Of a DNA stretch of 64,000 bases, positions 1 through 10,627 are shown one piece after another. Both the position numbers and the translations under genes were made by a program. The first letter of the stretch is position 1. Each line of letters begins with the position of its first letter. The stretch spans positions 1,472,001 to 1,536,000 of the forward strand of contig CBDCWC010000002.1 in the NCBI GenBank assembly GCA_965223295.1. Reading direction: 5' to 3'. This stretch comes from Nitrospirales bacterium (GTDB lineage: Bacteria; Nitrospirota; Nitrospiria; Nitrospirales; UBA8639). The notes under the pieces are model-generated. The model did not search any database and was not told where the DNA came from. It worked only from the letters and a program-made list of their open reading frames with translations.

Positions 1-1
1 A

Positions 2-799
2 GGCGAAAAAAATGGCTACGAAACAAAGCTTGCTGGGCTAAAGAAATTACGAGAAGTTGGAGGCACCGACTTAGGTTTCGCCTTAGTGATTCAAGACGAA
101 AACGTTTCGCAACTTGTAGACATGTACGAGATGGCTTGTTCTATGGGTTTTGAGTTTGCTACATCGACACTGCATAATGCTTGGCAGTTTTATAAAAATG
201 ACAATTACTTCTATGACCGCCTAGCCGTTGCCAGACAAGTTGAAAAACTCATAACCTCTATGTTGAAGACGTACAACTTAAAAAACTGGTTTCGAGCATA
301 CCTTAATCTTGGATTAATCGAAAAAATTCTTGGACATCCTAGGCTGATTCCATGTACGGCAGGAACAGATTTTGCTTTTATCGATCCCTGGTCTGACGTA
401 TGGGCTTGCAACGTCCGATCTGATTTGCCGCTTGGAAACCTTGCAAAGCAATCATGGGAAGAGATTGTGGCAAGCAAGACCGCCTCAGAGTCTATAGAGA
501 AGGTAAGTAATTGTGAGCAGAATTGCTGGATGGTGACAACCGCACGCACAGCCATGCGATCCTCCCTTATCCCCCAACTACCCAAGAGGCAGCCACTATT
601 TTGGGTTCTTGGCAATAAATTGAGAGTTGTATTAGGAGCAGAGATCCCTTTTGAGCGATATATTAATTATTCACAGGTTGAACCAACTGAACACGTTCCA
701 CGTATTTCCTATCTCACGCAAAGGCCTAAGGTAAAACTAGAACGTGACCGAATTACCGTCGACCAACGATATCCATTACGAGTGTTTGAAAACCTATAA
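2..799 (+). CDS. Radical SAM/SPASM-domain protein, C-terminal part (5'-truncated by the window edge)
   Basis: The frame is open from position 2 (GEKNGYETKLAGLKKLREVGGTDLGFALVIQDEN...). SPASM-like Cys pattern: CTAGTDFAFIDPWSDVWACN...CEQNCWM. It lies upstream of a glycosyltransferase. Confidence 0.75.
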   Translation, partial: GEKNGYETKLAGLKKLREVGGTDLGFALVIQDENVSQLVDMYEMACSMGFEFATSTLHNAWQFYKNDNYFYDRLAVARQVEKLITSMLKTYNLKNWFRAYLNLGLIEKILGHPRLIPCTAGTDFAFIDPWSDVWACNVRSDLPLGNLAKQSWEEIVASKTASESIEKVSNCEQNCWMVTTARTAMRSSLIPQLPKRQPLFWVLGNKLRVVLGAEIPFERYINYSQVEPTEHVPRISYLTQRPKVKLERDRITVDQRYPLRVFENL

Positions 800-1051
800 T
801 TTCTGAGTATTCAACAGATCTTAAGCTCAAGCGCTTTGTAGGGTGCTTAATCTCAAATAACTCACTTTTATATAGATGTTGCCCTTGGCGATTGACCAGA
901 TTTTGTAATCTTCCAATCGACCCAATCAAAGTTTAATATTTGGGATGAAATAGAGTGTTCCTCGAGAGCTGCCTCATCTATTTCCCAGCGATTATGCTGT
1001 GGTTTCCGTAGAATGGAGCCAGTAAAGTCCGACAATGTAAGTTCGTTTCAG

Positions 1052-1303
1052 AGAGTGTTGAATTATGAAGATATCAACAGCCATATTTCGCCAGGAAATC
1101 TTTGGCGATCAACAGCGTCGGGCTGGATCCAAAAAGTCCGCTCGCATGCGCGAAACCGCTTTCAGCCTTCGTAGACACTGCGGCGAAGTAGGCCCGGCGA
1201 AGCCAGGTCCAGCAAGGCCACGGCCATTTTTGTGCAGAGCGCACTGGCTCGACCTGAGCACGGAAAAATGGCGCGATTGCTGCTAGCTTTTTTCAACAGC
1301 CCC
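1052..1303 (+). mobile_element. MITE family 1, copy A (carries two nested palindromic inserts)
   Basis: Ends are gagtgttgaa...ttcaacagcccc. It is co-linear with copies at 4358, 5297, 60415, 62792 and 63595. Confidence 0.85.
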
Positions 1304-1373
1304 TTTCATCTCAATCGGTTACATCCGTAAACATTTGCATGCTCTGTGTCCTTCAATATAATCAGGAATTCCA

Positions 1374-2477
1374 GTGCGTGTCCTAGTAATTGGATTACGA
1401 GGAATACCAGGAATTCAGGGTGGCATAGAGACTCATGCCGAACATCTCTATCCTCTCCTAGTGACCCTCGGCTGCCAGGTTGAGGTGTTAGTCCGTCCAG
1501 CCTTCTATCCAAATGGAGTCCCAAAAGATTGGCGCGGAGTGAAGTTGCGAGGAGTGTGGTGTCCAAATATTACAGGTCTTGAGGCCTTTGCACATACTTT
1601 TCTTGGAGTACTCTATGCTGGCGTTATTCGTCCTGATGTCCTCCACGTCCATGCGGTTGGCCCAGGACTCATGATTCCACTTGCTCGGCTATTACGACTT
1701 CAAGTCGTCTTCACTCATCATGGCCCTGATTATAATCGCGAAAAGTGGGGGAAAGTAAGTCGCTGGGCATTGCGTACCGGAGAACGATGGGCAGTGAGTT
1801 TTTCGCATCAATCAATAGCTGTTTCTGAATGGATACGGAAACTTGTACAAAAAAAATATGAAAAAGACATCTTAGCTATCCCTAACGGAGTTTCCATTCC
1901 AAAGATACGAGACACTACCGTTACACTAGAAAATCTTAACTTAGTCCAACATCAATACATTCTACAAGTCGCTCGTTTCGTACCGGAAAAGAGACAATTG
2001 GATTTGATCAAAGCGTTTAGACGCGCCAAGATGTCAGGGTGGAAGCTTGTCTTCGTAGGTGAAGTGGACAAAAAAACTCAGTACGGACAAGACGTCACCT
2101 CGGAGATCAACGATGACCCTGCAATCGTTCTAGCAGGTTTCCAAAGTGGAATCCCGCTGAGTGAGCTTTATAGTCATGCAGGGATGTTTGTCTTACCCTC
2201 ATCTCATGAAGGACTTCCAATTGTCCTCCTCGAAGCCCTCAGCTACGGACTTCCCGCTCTGGCAAGTGATATACCTGCCAATCGGGAGATTGGACTGGCT
2301 CAAGATTGTTACTTTCCAGTCGGTAATATATCAGCACTATGCCATCTTTTACGCGACATAGAAACACCGGGATTCCCTATACATAACCGAGACCATATAA
2401 GGAGGTTTGTCAAAAAGAACTATGACTGGAACTTCATTGCACAAAGAACGCTGGAAGCCTATTCCGACTTAGTGTAA
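1374..2477 (+). CDS. Glycosyltransferase family 4 (GT-B)
   Basis: N-terminal GLRGIPGIQGGIETH, RFVPEK, and the EX7E motif PSSHEGLPIVLLEALSYG. Confidence 0.92.
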   Translation: MRVLVIGLRGIPGIQGGIETHAEHLYPLLVTLGCQVEVLVRPAFYPNGVPKDWRGVKLRGVWCPNITGLEAFAHTFLGVLYAGVIRPDVLHVHAVGPGLMIPLARLLRLQVVFTHHGPDYNREKWGKVSRWALRTGERWAVSFSHQSIAVSEWIRKLVQKKYEKDILAIPNGVSIPKIRDTTVTLENLNLVQHQYILQVARFVPEKRQLDLIKAFRRAKMSGWKLVFVGEVDKKTQYGQDVTSEINDDPAIVLAGFQSGIPLSELYSHAGMFVLPSSHEGLPIVLLEALSYGLPALASDIPANREIGLAQDCYFPVGNISALCHLLRDIETPGFPIHNRDHIRRFVKKNYDWNFIAQRTLEAYSDLV

Positions 2478-3019
2478 TACTTAGGTATTTCACCTTGTTA
2501 TTAGACAAGTTAAGAAAAGGCAATCCCTCAAAAACCAGAAAGGTCAGACTGAAAATTTAGTCCTGCCATCAAAACCTTTCCCAGATTTTCTTCCCATAGT
2601 CAAAACTGTCATCTTACCCTTCAGACGACTTTTTTATCTCCAATATCATGCACTCAGACACCAATTCATACAAATTCAAGCGCAAAATCACGACCTGAAT
2701 TTCATGAGCGCTCACACCGCAACTACACACCAACAACAAGTCTCAGTAAAAATCTATGACATAGAGGAATATACATACAACGGAAACGCAAGATTTAGCA
2801 GCCCTCAACACACGGAGTCACGACAGTTCGTGATAGAAAGGACATGTCTACTGTACACCACGAAAAATTGTTGTTAATAATGTAAGGCTTACTAATTACA
2901 CCCACATCATCCGTACAGCTTCTGGGGCAAAGAACCCGTTGAACGAATTGGCACGTTGTTTAAAAGTCGACACAACTGACCTTAAAAAATCGCGCACTCA
3001 CCTCTGCTGATAACCCCAA

Positions 3020-4372
3020 ATGAAATTGAATACGCAGTTCTCCCTTGTCTCTTGGATCATTTGTATGGGTGTGGTCGAAGCGCTTATTATCTTGTTTGTT
3101 GTTCCAGGGTTCACACAACTTTTTCCTGAACTTTATAACATCAACCATTTCCCAGATGGGTATGATAAACTGGCTTCAAATCTTGTAGCTGGTAACGGTT
3201 ATCGGTTTTTCCCCGATACCGCAGAGACGCTCTTGCGAACTCCTGGCTACCCCCTATTCCTCGCATTCGTCTTCTATTTTTTTCCTGACAATTTAGTTGC
3301 AGTACAAATCGCCAATCTGGTCTTGACCCTCGCCGCGGCCTGGCTTGTCGCTCTCCTTACGCAACGATTCACGAGCAGCAAACCTGCAGCTATTTTCGCC
3401 TCACTATCATTCCTGTTTCACCCAGCTATTGTAGCGTCCCAGAGTAGAGGCGGCGTGGCGGCGTTGTTTTATCTCGTTACGACTGGGTTCGTCCTCATAT
3501 TATGTAAGGCTTTTGAAAGCCAAAAGCCGCTTGACTTCATTTTCGCGGGACTACTGCTAGGACTCGCAACGACCGTGAAGAGTACGACAATATTGTTCCC
3601 AGCATTCTTATTCCTTTGTATATTGCTGACAAAGAACTGGCGAGAAAGCGTTCCTCTGTGGACACCAAGATTGATAGTTATGAGTGTCACCATGTTTGTT
3701 GTCCTGGCACCCTGGATTGCACGAAATTATTCGCTTGTCGATCGATTCGTTCCCACGATGGCTGTGGCTGGCACTTCAGCAACACACGGCCTATATGCCT
3801 GCAAGAATTTTTCCTTCAACATTAATATGGGCCAGCAATATAATGAGGCAGCCGAACAGCTTCAGGGGCTAGCGAAACAGCTCGAACTACATCACCGCTC
3901 AAAATTTTTCCAGTATTTCTATAAGACGGAGGATGAAGTACGATTCAATCAATATCTTTTGAGGACGGTGTACGATGAGTATCGAAGGTCACCTTTGCTA
4001 CTAGCTGAATGTTCGCTAAAAAACGCCTTCAATTTTTGGTTTTCGGGTCGGACCTGGACTTCAACCATTCTCAATGTATGTATCCAAGTTCCTTTTCTCC
4101 TTCTGTCCTTCCTTGGAATGTTCTTCTGTGTTCAGCATGGATACTTTAAACTCATGGTTCCAATTCTTGCATTTGCAACGTACTTCTATCTTGTCCATCT
4201 TCCGCTCATTGCTTTAGCCAGATACTCGGTACCCCTTATTCCTTTGCTCGCGATTTTCTGCGGGATCGCAATCGATGAATTACGAATGAGATGGGGGAGA
4301 TGCTTCAACTGTCAAAAAGACTCCCCCAGAACTCACAGCAATACCACTTCGAATCATGGGACTGTTGAATAA
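3020..4372 (+). CDS. GT-C fold membrane glycosyltransferase (ArnT/PMT-like)
   Basis: Multi-pass hydrophobic protein with DGY...RTPGYPLFLA after the first TM, APWIARNY, and C-terminal RYSVP. The stop codon lies inside MITE copy B. Confidence 0.78.
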   Translation: MKLNTQFSLVSWIICMGVVEALIILFVVPGFTQLFPELYNINHFPDGYDKLASNLVAGNGYRFFPDTAETLLRTPGYPLFLAFVFYFFPDNLVAVQIANLVLTLAAAWLVALLTQRFTSSKPAAIFASLSFLFHPAIVASQSRGGVAALFYLVTTGFVLILCKAFESQKPLDFIFAGLLLGLATTVKSTTILFPAFLFLCILLTKNWRESVPLWTPRLIVMSVTMFVVLAPWIARNYSLVDRFVPTMAVAGTSATHGLYACKNFSFNINMGQQYNEAAEQLQGLAKQLELHHRSKFFQYFYKTEDEVRFNQYLLRTVYDEYRRSPLLLAECSLKNAFNFWFSGRTWTSTILNVCIQVPFLLLSFLGMFFCVQHGYFKLMVPILAFATYFYLVHLPLIALARYSVPLIPLLAIFCGIAIDELRMRWGRCFNCQKDSPRTHSNTTSNHGTVE

Positions 4373-4580
4373 TGATGATATCAACGACCAAATTTCGTCT
4401 CTGCGACATCACATGTCAGAGGCCTTGGGTCTATTCAAAAAAGTCCGCTCGCCTGCGCGAAGCCGCTTCGGCGAAGCCAGGTCCAGCAAGGCCCAGCCCT
4501 TTTTCGCGCGGAGCGTACTGGCAGTACGTGAGCACGGAAAAAGGGCGAGAACGCCGCTGGCGGCTTTTTTCAACAGATCC
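4358..4580 (+). mobile_element. MITE family 1, copy B (one nested insert)
   Basis: Ends are gggactgttgaataa...tttttcaacagatcc. It is nearly identical to the reverse complement of 63595-63785 plus a 34-nt insert. Confidence 0.88.
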
Positions 4581-4669
4581 AATCATAACGACGTGGAGTG
4601 ATAAGACCTTCTTGGTCAAGAGGTATTGAGGTCGGGTTCTAGTTCCTAGAAAAGGCATGTCTGTGGGGT

Positions 4670-5242
4670 TTAAGGGAAAATAGCTTGGACTGTCGATACT
4701 TTTTTGACAGCCTCAATAAGTTGTTGAGAGCCATTCACAATTATTGCACTATTGGCATTTTCCCAAATAGGCAAATCAACTTTGCTATTTCCCGCGTAGT
4801 CAAAACCGCCTTTTCCAAACTGTTTTATTAGAGCCTGCGATTTTTTTCTCCCCGTAAGGTTGACAGAATCACTACTAGCAAAAACTTGGTCGAAACATTT
4901 CAGATGTTTTGCTATCTTAATAGCCATTCGACGATGGGTTCCAGTGGCAAGAATGAGACTTCTTCCAGCTTTTCGCTCACTCAAAATAAAATCAAGGAAT
5001 GTAGGATGATAGGGGAGAGCTGTCAGATCAAAGGAGACTCTCTTAGAAACCTGGCCTTTCACAAAGGCTTTCCCATGAAGCAACCAAAATGGCAAGATAA
5101 ATAGATACAACATATTCCCCATAACCAGGATACGTAAGGACTCCCAAAATATATCGCTTTTTATAAGAGTTCCATCCAAATCCACGCACAATGGGATCTT
5201 CTCCTTCATCATTAGATCATTTGGAATATGATCGAGACGCAT
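4670..5242 (-). CDS. Stand-alone HAD-family phosphatase, resembling the N-terminal domain of HAD-UbiA fusion proteins
   Basis: Motifs PLCVDLDGTLIKSD, ILATG, NLTGRKK and FDYAGNSKVD. Confidence 0.85.
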   Translation of the reverse strand: MRLDHIPNDLMMKEKIPLCVDLDGTLIKSDIFWESLRILVMGNMLYLFILPFWLLHGKAFVKGQVSKRVSFDLTALPYHPTFLDFILSERKAGRSLILATGTHRRMAIKIAKHLKCFDQVFASSDSVNLTGRKKSQALIKQFGKGGFDYAGNSKVDLPIWENANSAIIVNGSQQLIEAVKKVSTVQAIFP

Positions 5243-5296
5243 CTCTAGCCATTTTACCCAAACTGTCGTGGACCATTCCTTGTGTTTTTATACACC

Positions 5297-5484
5297 GGGG
5301 CTGTTGAAAAAAACCACCTCTGACGTTCCCTGCCTTCGCCGGGCCTACTTCGCCGCAGTGACTACAAAAGATGAAAGCGGCTTCGCGCAGGCGAGCGGAC
5401 TTTTTGGAACCGACCTGACGCTATTGATCGCCAAGGGTTTCTTGAAGAAATATGGCCATTGATACCTTGATTATTCAATACTCC
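5297..5484 (-). mobile_element. MITE family 1, copy C (internal deletion, nested inserts)
   Basis: ggggctgttgaaaaaa...ttattcaatactcc. The reverse complement matches copies A and D. Confidence 0.82.
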
Positions 5485-5784
5485 GATTCAAGAATTCCTC
5501 TCCTCCTGTGCCTCAACAGCACACCGCAAGATATTCAAGAACTAATTTGCAGGAAGGATGTCTTCTTTGGTGAAAGGAATTGCGGAAGATTCTGACAAGA
5601 ATGACAGGTCTGAACTCCGATGGCAGACAGAACGATTCTTACGTGTTTCCTGACGGAAGGAAATTGGGAATTCCCATATTTAAAGATCGACTAGAGTGGT
5701 TAAACAAATCTAAGAATTTGCTTCGCACACGTACCCAGATCTGGAAAATGTATCCAGTCCGAAGATAACCGTACTCCCCATCAT

Positions 5785-6807
5785 TCAAAATGTCCATAGT
5801 GGGCTCACCTGATTCGGTAAGACATTAAACCAATCATACAACTGAGGAATATCAGTAAATAGAAGGATCAATACAATTAGCATACATGTCGCGGCACCAA
5901 GAACAAGCCATTTCTCCTTATAAAGATGTTCTGGCGCTTGGACGGTACTATCTTTTTTGAACCCAATATGAAAATAATACGCTGTAAAACCCAATATGAA
6001 TGGAGCGGATAGTATCAACTCGAAATGATACTTTATAATAAAAATACCAAAACACAATGCAAAGAGCGACAGATAGTACACCATGCTTGAAAGGAGCCGT
6101 GGTTCTGTATAATACCCAAATGATTTTCGGTATTCTTGCGCAATCTTTGGATTATTAATTGTGCGGTATTCCGCAAACCGTTTTGTTGCCATAAAGAATG
6201 CACCAAGGAACCAAAAAGCAAGTAGAAGCGAAACTGACGGCAGCTGATAGGGTATCAAGACAAACCAACCTAACAATAGACGGATTGGATTATTCACAGA
6301 TTCGGATAATACATCGAGGTACGGTAAGTCTTTGAATCGAAAAGGAGCAACATTATAAATTAACCCCATGAGAACCAAAGCCATACTGGTATACAAAAAC
6401 CAGCGATTAACCAAAGCAGCGAGAGTAAGTCCGAGAACGGCGAGAGTAATCCATTCTATATAGGCAACATGAGTATTGACGAGACCGGATGGAATCGGAC
6501 GGAATTTCTTTTTTGGGTGAAAACGATCAAATTGAGCATCCTGAATTTCATTAAGAACATAGTTGCTTGAAGCAAGTATGCAAGTAGCCGCTACACCAAG
6601 ACCCAAGAGGGCAAAATGACTCCATGTCAATGTATTTGGAGCATGAAAGCCTCCTAAAAATACTCCGGCGAGCATAAAGACATTTTTAAACCAGTGATCG
6701 ACTCGCATAATCGCGAGATAACTACGCCAATGAAGGAACAGTTCGCCAAAATCTACAACCTGTGAAAGCCTGTTTGTTTTAGACATCGTCGTATGCCACT
6801 TTATCAA
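5785..6807 (-). CDS. UbiA-family polyprenyl-phosphate phosphoribosyltransferase (DPPR-synthase-like)
   Basis: Motifs RVDHWFKN, SSNYVLNEIQDAQFDRFHPKKKFRPIPSG and KRFAEY; multi-pass membrane protein. Confidence 0.85.
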   Translation of the reverse strand: MIKWHTTMSKTNRLSQVVDFGELFLHWRSYLAIMRVDHWFKNVFMLAGVFLGGFHAPNTLTWSHFALLGLGVAATCILASSNYVLNEIQDAQFDRFHPKKKFRPIPSGLVNTHVAYIEWITLAVLGLTLAALVNRWFLYTSMALVLMGLIYNVAPFRFKDLPYLDVLSESVNNPIRLLLGWFVLIPYQLPSVSLLLAFWFLGAFFMATKRFAEYRTINNPKIAQEYRKSFGYYTEPRLLSSMVYYLSLFALCFGIFIIKYHFELILSAPFILGFTAYYFHIGFKKDSTVQAPEHLYKEKWLVLGAATCMLIVLILLFTDIPQLYDWFNVLPNQVSPLWTF

Positions 6808-6913
6808 TTTCTATAAGTCTGAGCTCTTTGTAGCACTAGTTAAGTATCTGACCTCTCTCAAATAATAAGTCTGAGATTGCGGCAATCGTCCTTCTCAGTT
6901 TTTGCAAGGAGTA

Positions 6914-8353
6914 TTAAGCTGCTCCTGTTCCCTTCATAACTGTCGGTATCGTTTTGAACAAGATTTTTAGATCTAACCAGAGCGTCCATTTATCAATATA
7001 CTGTATATCAAGCTCCATCCATTGCTCGAAAGTGAGCTTGCTTCGGCCATTGACTTGCCATAGACAAGTAATACCCGGGCGTACACTAAATCGACGACGA
7101 TGCCAATCTTGATAAAAGGCTTCAAAATCACGGAACTGAATCGGCCGGGGACCGACGAGACTCATATCTCCCTTGAGAACATTGAACAACTGCGGAAGCT
7201 CATCGATACTCGTTTTGCGGAGAAACATTCCAATGGGAGTGAGCCGTGGATCATCCTCAATCTTAAATGCAGCCCCAGTGGCTTCATTGAGGGATTCAAG
7301 ACTGGGAAGCAGAGCTTCTGCTTCAGTGACCATGGAGCGAAACTTGTAAAGATTGAAGACCCGCTTGTTCAAACCGAGGCGCTTTTGAATGAAAAAAACT
7401 GGGCCGGGAGATGTTAGTTTTATACTTAATGCAACAATGGCAAAAAAAGGAAGGAGTATGATGAGGGCTGGCAATGCAATCAATATATCAAGAACTCGCT
7501 TAATCAAATGAGCCTGGTCTCCTATAGCACCAGTATGCAGCGTCACAGTCTGATGCGTCCCAACTTCATCGATAGTTGATTTGGCTAACTTCGAGGAAAA
7601 AAGATCTCCTGTCATGCGAACAATAATACCTTGCTCTTCACATTGTGCCACGATTTGAGACGTTTGGAGATAATAAGAGCGAAGGGGCAGGGCAAGAACG
7701 ATTTCGTCAACAGCCACGGTACGAATAAATTCCGGAAATTCTTCCAGCGTAGAAACGACGGAAGCATCATTCAGAGATTGCCGATTGAGTCCATGCCAGG
7801 GTTCATCCACAAAGCCTAGGAGACGGTATCCCAATTCAGGTTTCATTCGAATTTCATGAGCAAATTTCACAGCACGCGGATTGGTGCCGATGATGACGAC
7901 ATTGCGTGAATTTCTTCCTCTGCGCCTCATCCAAGCCAACGCCAATCGAACACCTATCCGGCCTACACACATGAACAAAGTCGAAAGACTCCAAAAGGCA
8001 AACAGAAACCCAGGAGTTACCATTGTCACGTTGAAGAGGAAGGCTACGATTGCCGTTGCAAGGGCCACCAAAGAGGTAGCTTTGATAATATCGGGGATCT
8101 CTTGTGCAATCGTCGAAAGACGCTTTGACTCATACAGTGCCAGAGATGAACATGCCAAATGCCATATGACGAGCAAACCTATTCCGATAAAAAAGTTTTC
8201 AATTTTTATTCGCAGGGCCAAGAATTCTTCAAAGGCCAACAGGTCGTTATTTTCAGCATGGAACAACCAGGTCACAATCAAAAAGACTATCCCAATAAGT
8301 AGGATGTCACCGACCTGCATTAATTTAAGCGAAATTTTCCTGCGAAAAGGCAT
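6914..8353 (-). CDS. Polyprenyl-phosphate sugar phosphotransferase (WcaJ/WbaP-type priming transferase)
   Basis: N-terminal TMs, a Rossmann-like domain, and C-terminal [45 protein letters not shown]. Confidence 0.95.
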   Translation of the reverse strand: MPFRRKISLKLMQVGDILLIGIVFLIVTWLFHAENNDLLAFEEFLALRIKIENFFIGIGLLVIWHLACSSLALYESKRLSTIAQEIPDIIKATSLVALATAIVAFLFNVTMVTPGFLFAFWSLSTLFMCVGRIGVRLALAWMRRRGRNSRNVVIIGTNPRAVKFAHEIRMKPELGYRLLGFVDEPWHGLNRQSLNDASVVSTLEEFPEFIRTVAVDEIVLALPLRSYYLQTSQIVAQCEEQGIIVRMTGDLFSSKLAKSTIDEVGTHQTVTLHTGAIGDQAHLIKRVLDILIALPALIILLPFFAIVALSIKLTSPGPVFFIQKRLGLNKRVFNLYKFRSMVTEAEALLPSLESLNEATGAAFKIEDDPRLTPIGMFLRKTSIDELPQLFNVLKGDMSLVGPRPIQFRDFEAFYQDWHRRRFSVRPGITCLWQVNGRSKLTFEQWMELDIQYIDKWTLWLDLKILFKTIPTVMKGTGAA

Positions 8354-8534
8354 AAAATCCCCCTACAAGAGGCTAATACAAACGTCAATAATCAGCCTTA
8401 CCTAATTTGTTGTTGTAGATTAGGCGCCCCTTGGGACAAAGAGTGAAGAGGAGGTCCATCATCGAAAATCTATTTATTCTCATAAAATAAGCCATGGGAA
8501 ACCTAATAAAAATTAAAAGGAAATTATTACATTA

Positions 8535-8550
8535 AGCAAAATATGAGCCA
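8535..8550 (-). promoter_or_regulatory. Putative sigma54 -24/-12 promoter of the sugar transferase
   Basis: The minus strand reads TGGCTCATATTTTGCT (GG-N10-GC), about 180 nt upstream of the start, followed upstream by very AT-rich DNA. Confidence 0.7.
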
Positions 8551-8991
8551 AGTTATTTAAATTATTATGAAGTTTAAAAAACAAAAATAAAACAGCACTA
8601 TATAGAATAGAAACATCATTAAACGATTTAAAAAACCTTAGGATAAGTGAATCGAAAATAACACAGCTGAACTACCTAAATGCAATGGGAATAACTATAA
8701 AATACCTGTTTTAATAGAATTTTTTAGAATCTTATTGATTTTTTTATGTATGCTTATTCATACAGATAATTTTTCTTAAGTTTTTTTAGTTAATTTTTGA
8801 TTGGGATGTAAGCTTCCCCCAAAGGTTTCTTTCTCTTTCGTCAGTTTCATTTCCGTCGAGTTACTGGAAGACACTTCTAGACCCTATCCATTCTTGCAGA
8901 TCTTGCACAATGTAATACAGACCTACTCCATGAACGAGGATGACTTTCTCCTCCATTTCACCGAAACGGCATCTTAGAGAAGATTTTTCAA

Positions 8992-9040
8992 TAAATGATC
9001 CCCGCCGCAAGCAGCGGGGAATATACCCTCAAGTGATTTA
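8992..9040. repeat. Isolated GC-rich hairpin resembling an IS200/IS605-type end or REP
   Basis: tccccgccgcaagcagcgggga hairpin (8999-9020) inside aatgat...gattta. Confidence 0.45.
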
Positions 9041-9055
9041 AAAGAATGGACACTC

Positions 9056-9082
9056 GCAAGCAAAAAAAAAATTTGCCGATAA
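9056..9082 (+). promoter_or_regulatory. Putative sigma28 (FliA)-type promoter of the orphan tad cassette
   Basis: GCAA-N15-GCCGATAA: a perfect -10 box with canonical spacing, about 155 nt upstream of the ATG at 9238. Confidence 0.6.
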
Positions 9083-9237
9083 CAACAAGAAGCAATGATA
9101 CAAGGTATAACTTGCCGACAGAAATTTCAGACGCCGTTTTTTATTTTTTTAACTCGTGAAAGTTTCGGCATTGCTATGTTGTTCACAACTGAAGCCATGA
9201 TTTTTCCTGACATGTCTTTCGCAAAAAGGTTATCACT

Positions 9238-10572
9238 ATGCCCATTTCGAAAAAGCTGCAGAATCGTCTGAAGAATCAATCGGGATCGTATTTTGTCGTC
9301 TCAGCTCTGATCTTGTTTGTGCTGTTTGGTTTTGCAGCATTGGGAATTGAGATTGGCAGATGGTATACCATTCAAGGCGAAATCAGTAAGTCCATTGATG
9401 GCGCTGCTTTTGCTGGGGCAAAAAATGTCTCAAACCCAAAGTTTTCTGATGCAAATGGAAATCCAGATGAAGCACTTTTAGCCGCATTCGTTGAGGAAGT
9501 GGCCGCCGCAAACTTTCCCCCAGGACTTTTAGGAACAGATACCCCAAACTTCGTGGTGATGCAGGATGGTACAGGACGGGTCCAAGTCGATGGTGATGTA
9601 AATTCGGTGAACAACTTAACAACCGTGTTCAACTCAGGCACACCACTAACAAACCTCAGCGCCGTAGGCGCGGCAAAAATTCGTAAAGCCGAAATCGGGC
9701 TAGTTCTGGATGTCTCCGGGTCTATGGAAGATGATATTGGTGAGCTGAAAAGCGCTGCTGAGGGTTTCGTAAATAATTTTCAATCATTCCAAGACGATCA
9801 TAAATTTGGATTGATAACTTTTGCCACTGGAGCTCAAACAATCGTTCCGTTAGAGCATGATTTTGTCTTTGATATGACCGATGAAATTGGGAAGTTGGAT
9901 GCAGAAGGTGGCACGAATACCGAAGATGCTTTAGGACAGGCTGTGAATCTTTCTTGGGAGCCAGGGCAAATGTCTCTCCCACCCAATGAACGAACGCGGC
10001 AAATCATTGTTATCTTCTCTGATGGCAACCCGGGGGCATTCCGTGCGCAATTTAAATATAACGGGAACGATATGGAAGCAATTGGTGTTCTGCTGGGAAA
10101 ACCCCCTTCAAGCGTTAGCACGTATTTAGGCAAGCCAGATGCTCAAGCTAGCTACTTTGTCGAAGAATGGAAAGTCAGACATGGTGATGGAAATCCCTTA
10201 AGTAGCTCTGTTTGTGGCTCCAGCGGGACCCCAACTACCAAATGGTACATTTTTCAAGATCCCACCTATGGTCTACAAACATATGGAAGTCCAATGGATG
10301 GTTACTCAGACGAGGATTGCAATGTCAATAAAAACCCAGATTGGAATGAGTATGCTCAATGGCTAGTCCGCCAAATGGCAATTGACCATGCGACAGAACT
10401 CAAAGACAAGGGCATTGAAATTTTTTCCATAGGACTGGGCGATATCGATCAAGGCTTCTTGACGACACTGGCCACTGATGCGGAGCACGCGTATTTCACG
10501 ACTGACTCTGGAGAACTAGATAGTATTTTTCAAGACATTGCCAATAAACTAAAATTAGTTTTGGTGAAATAA
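9238..10572 (+). CDS. tadG: TadG-like pilus protein with vWA domain
   Basis: Pilin-like N-terminus (NQSG + hydrophobic helix, then DGAAFAGA) and MIDAS motifs DVSGS, GGTNT and FSDG. Confidence 0.85.
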   Translation: MPISKKLQNRLKNQSGSYFVVSALILFVLFGFAALGIEIGRWYTIQGEISKSIDGAAFAGAKNVSNPKFSDANGNPDEALLAAFVEEVAAANFPPGLLGTDTPNFVVMQDGTGRVQVDGDVNSVNNLTTVFNSGTPLTNLSAVGAAKIRKAEIGLVLDVSGSMEDDIGELKSAAEGFVNNFQSFQDDHKFGLITFATGAQTIVPLEHDFVFDMTDEIGKLDAEGGTNTEDALGQAVNLSWEPGQMSLPPNERTRQIIVIFSDGNPGAFRAQFKYNGNDMEAIGVLLGKPPSSVSTYLGKPDAQASYFVEEWKVRHGDGNPLSSSVCGSSGTPTTKWYIFQDPTYGLQTYGSPMDGYSDEDCNVNKNPDWNEYAQWLVRQMAIDHATELKDKGIEIFSIGLGDIDQGFLTTLATDAEHAYFTTDSGELDSIFQDIANKLKLVLVK

Positions 10573-10627
10573 GAAATCGGCGAACACGATTATACTTCTT
10601 AGTTTGAACATTCTTCATTTACTAAGC

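Noticed and set aside
1052-5484. Clustered repeats as a possible CRISPR array
   Set aside because: The copies are 150-250 bp, dispersed and in both orientations, with no regular repeat-spacer period and no cas genes.
5580-5768. 62-aa ORF between the HAD and UbiA genes
   Set aside because: It has a TTG start, is on the opposite strand to its neighbours and has no recognisable motif; it may be a gene relic but this cannot be supported.
8450-8810. Very AT-rich tract as an origin or foreign island
   Set aside because: No DnaA-box or iteron array is seen; it is better explained as the regulatory region upstream of a sigma54 promoter between divergent operons.
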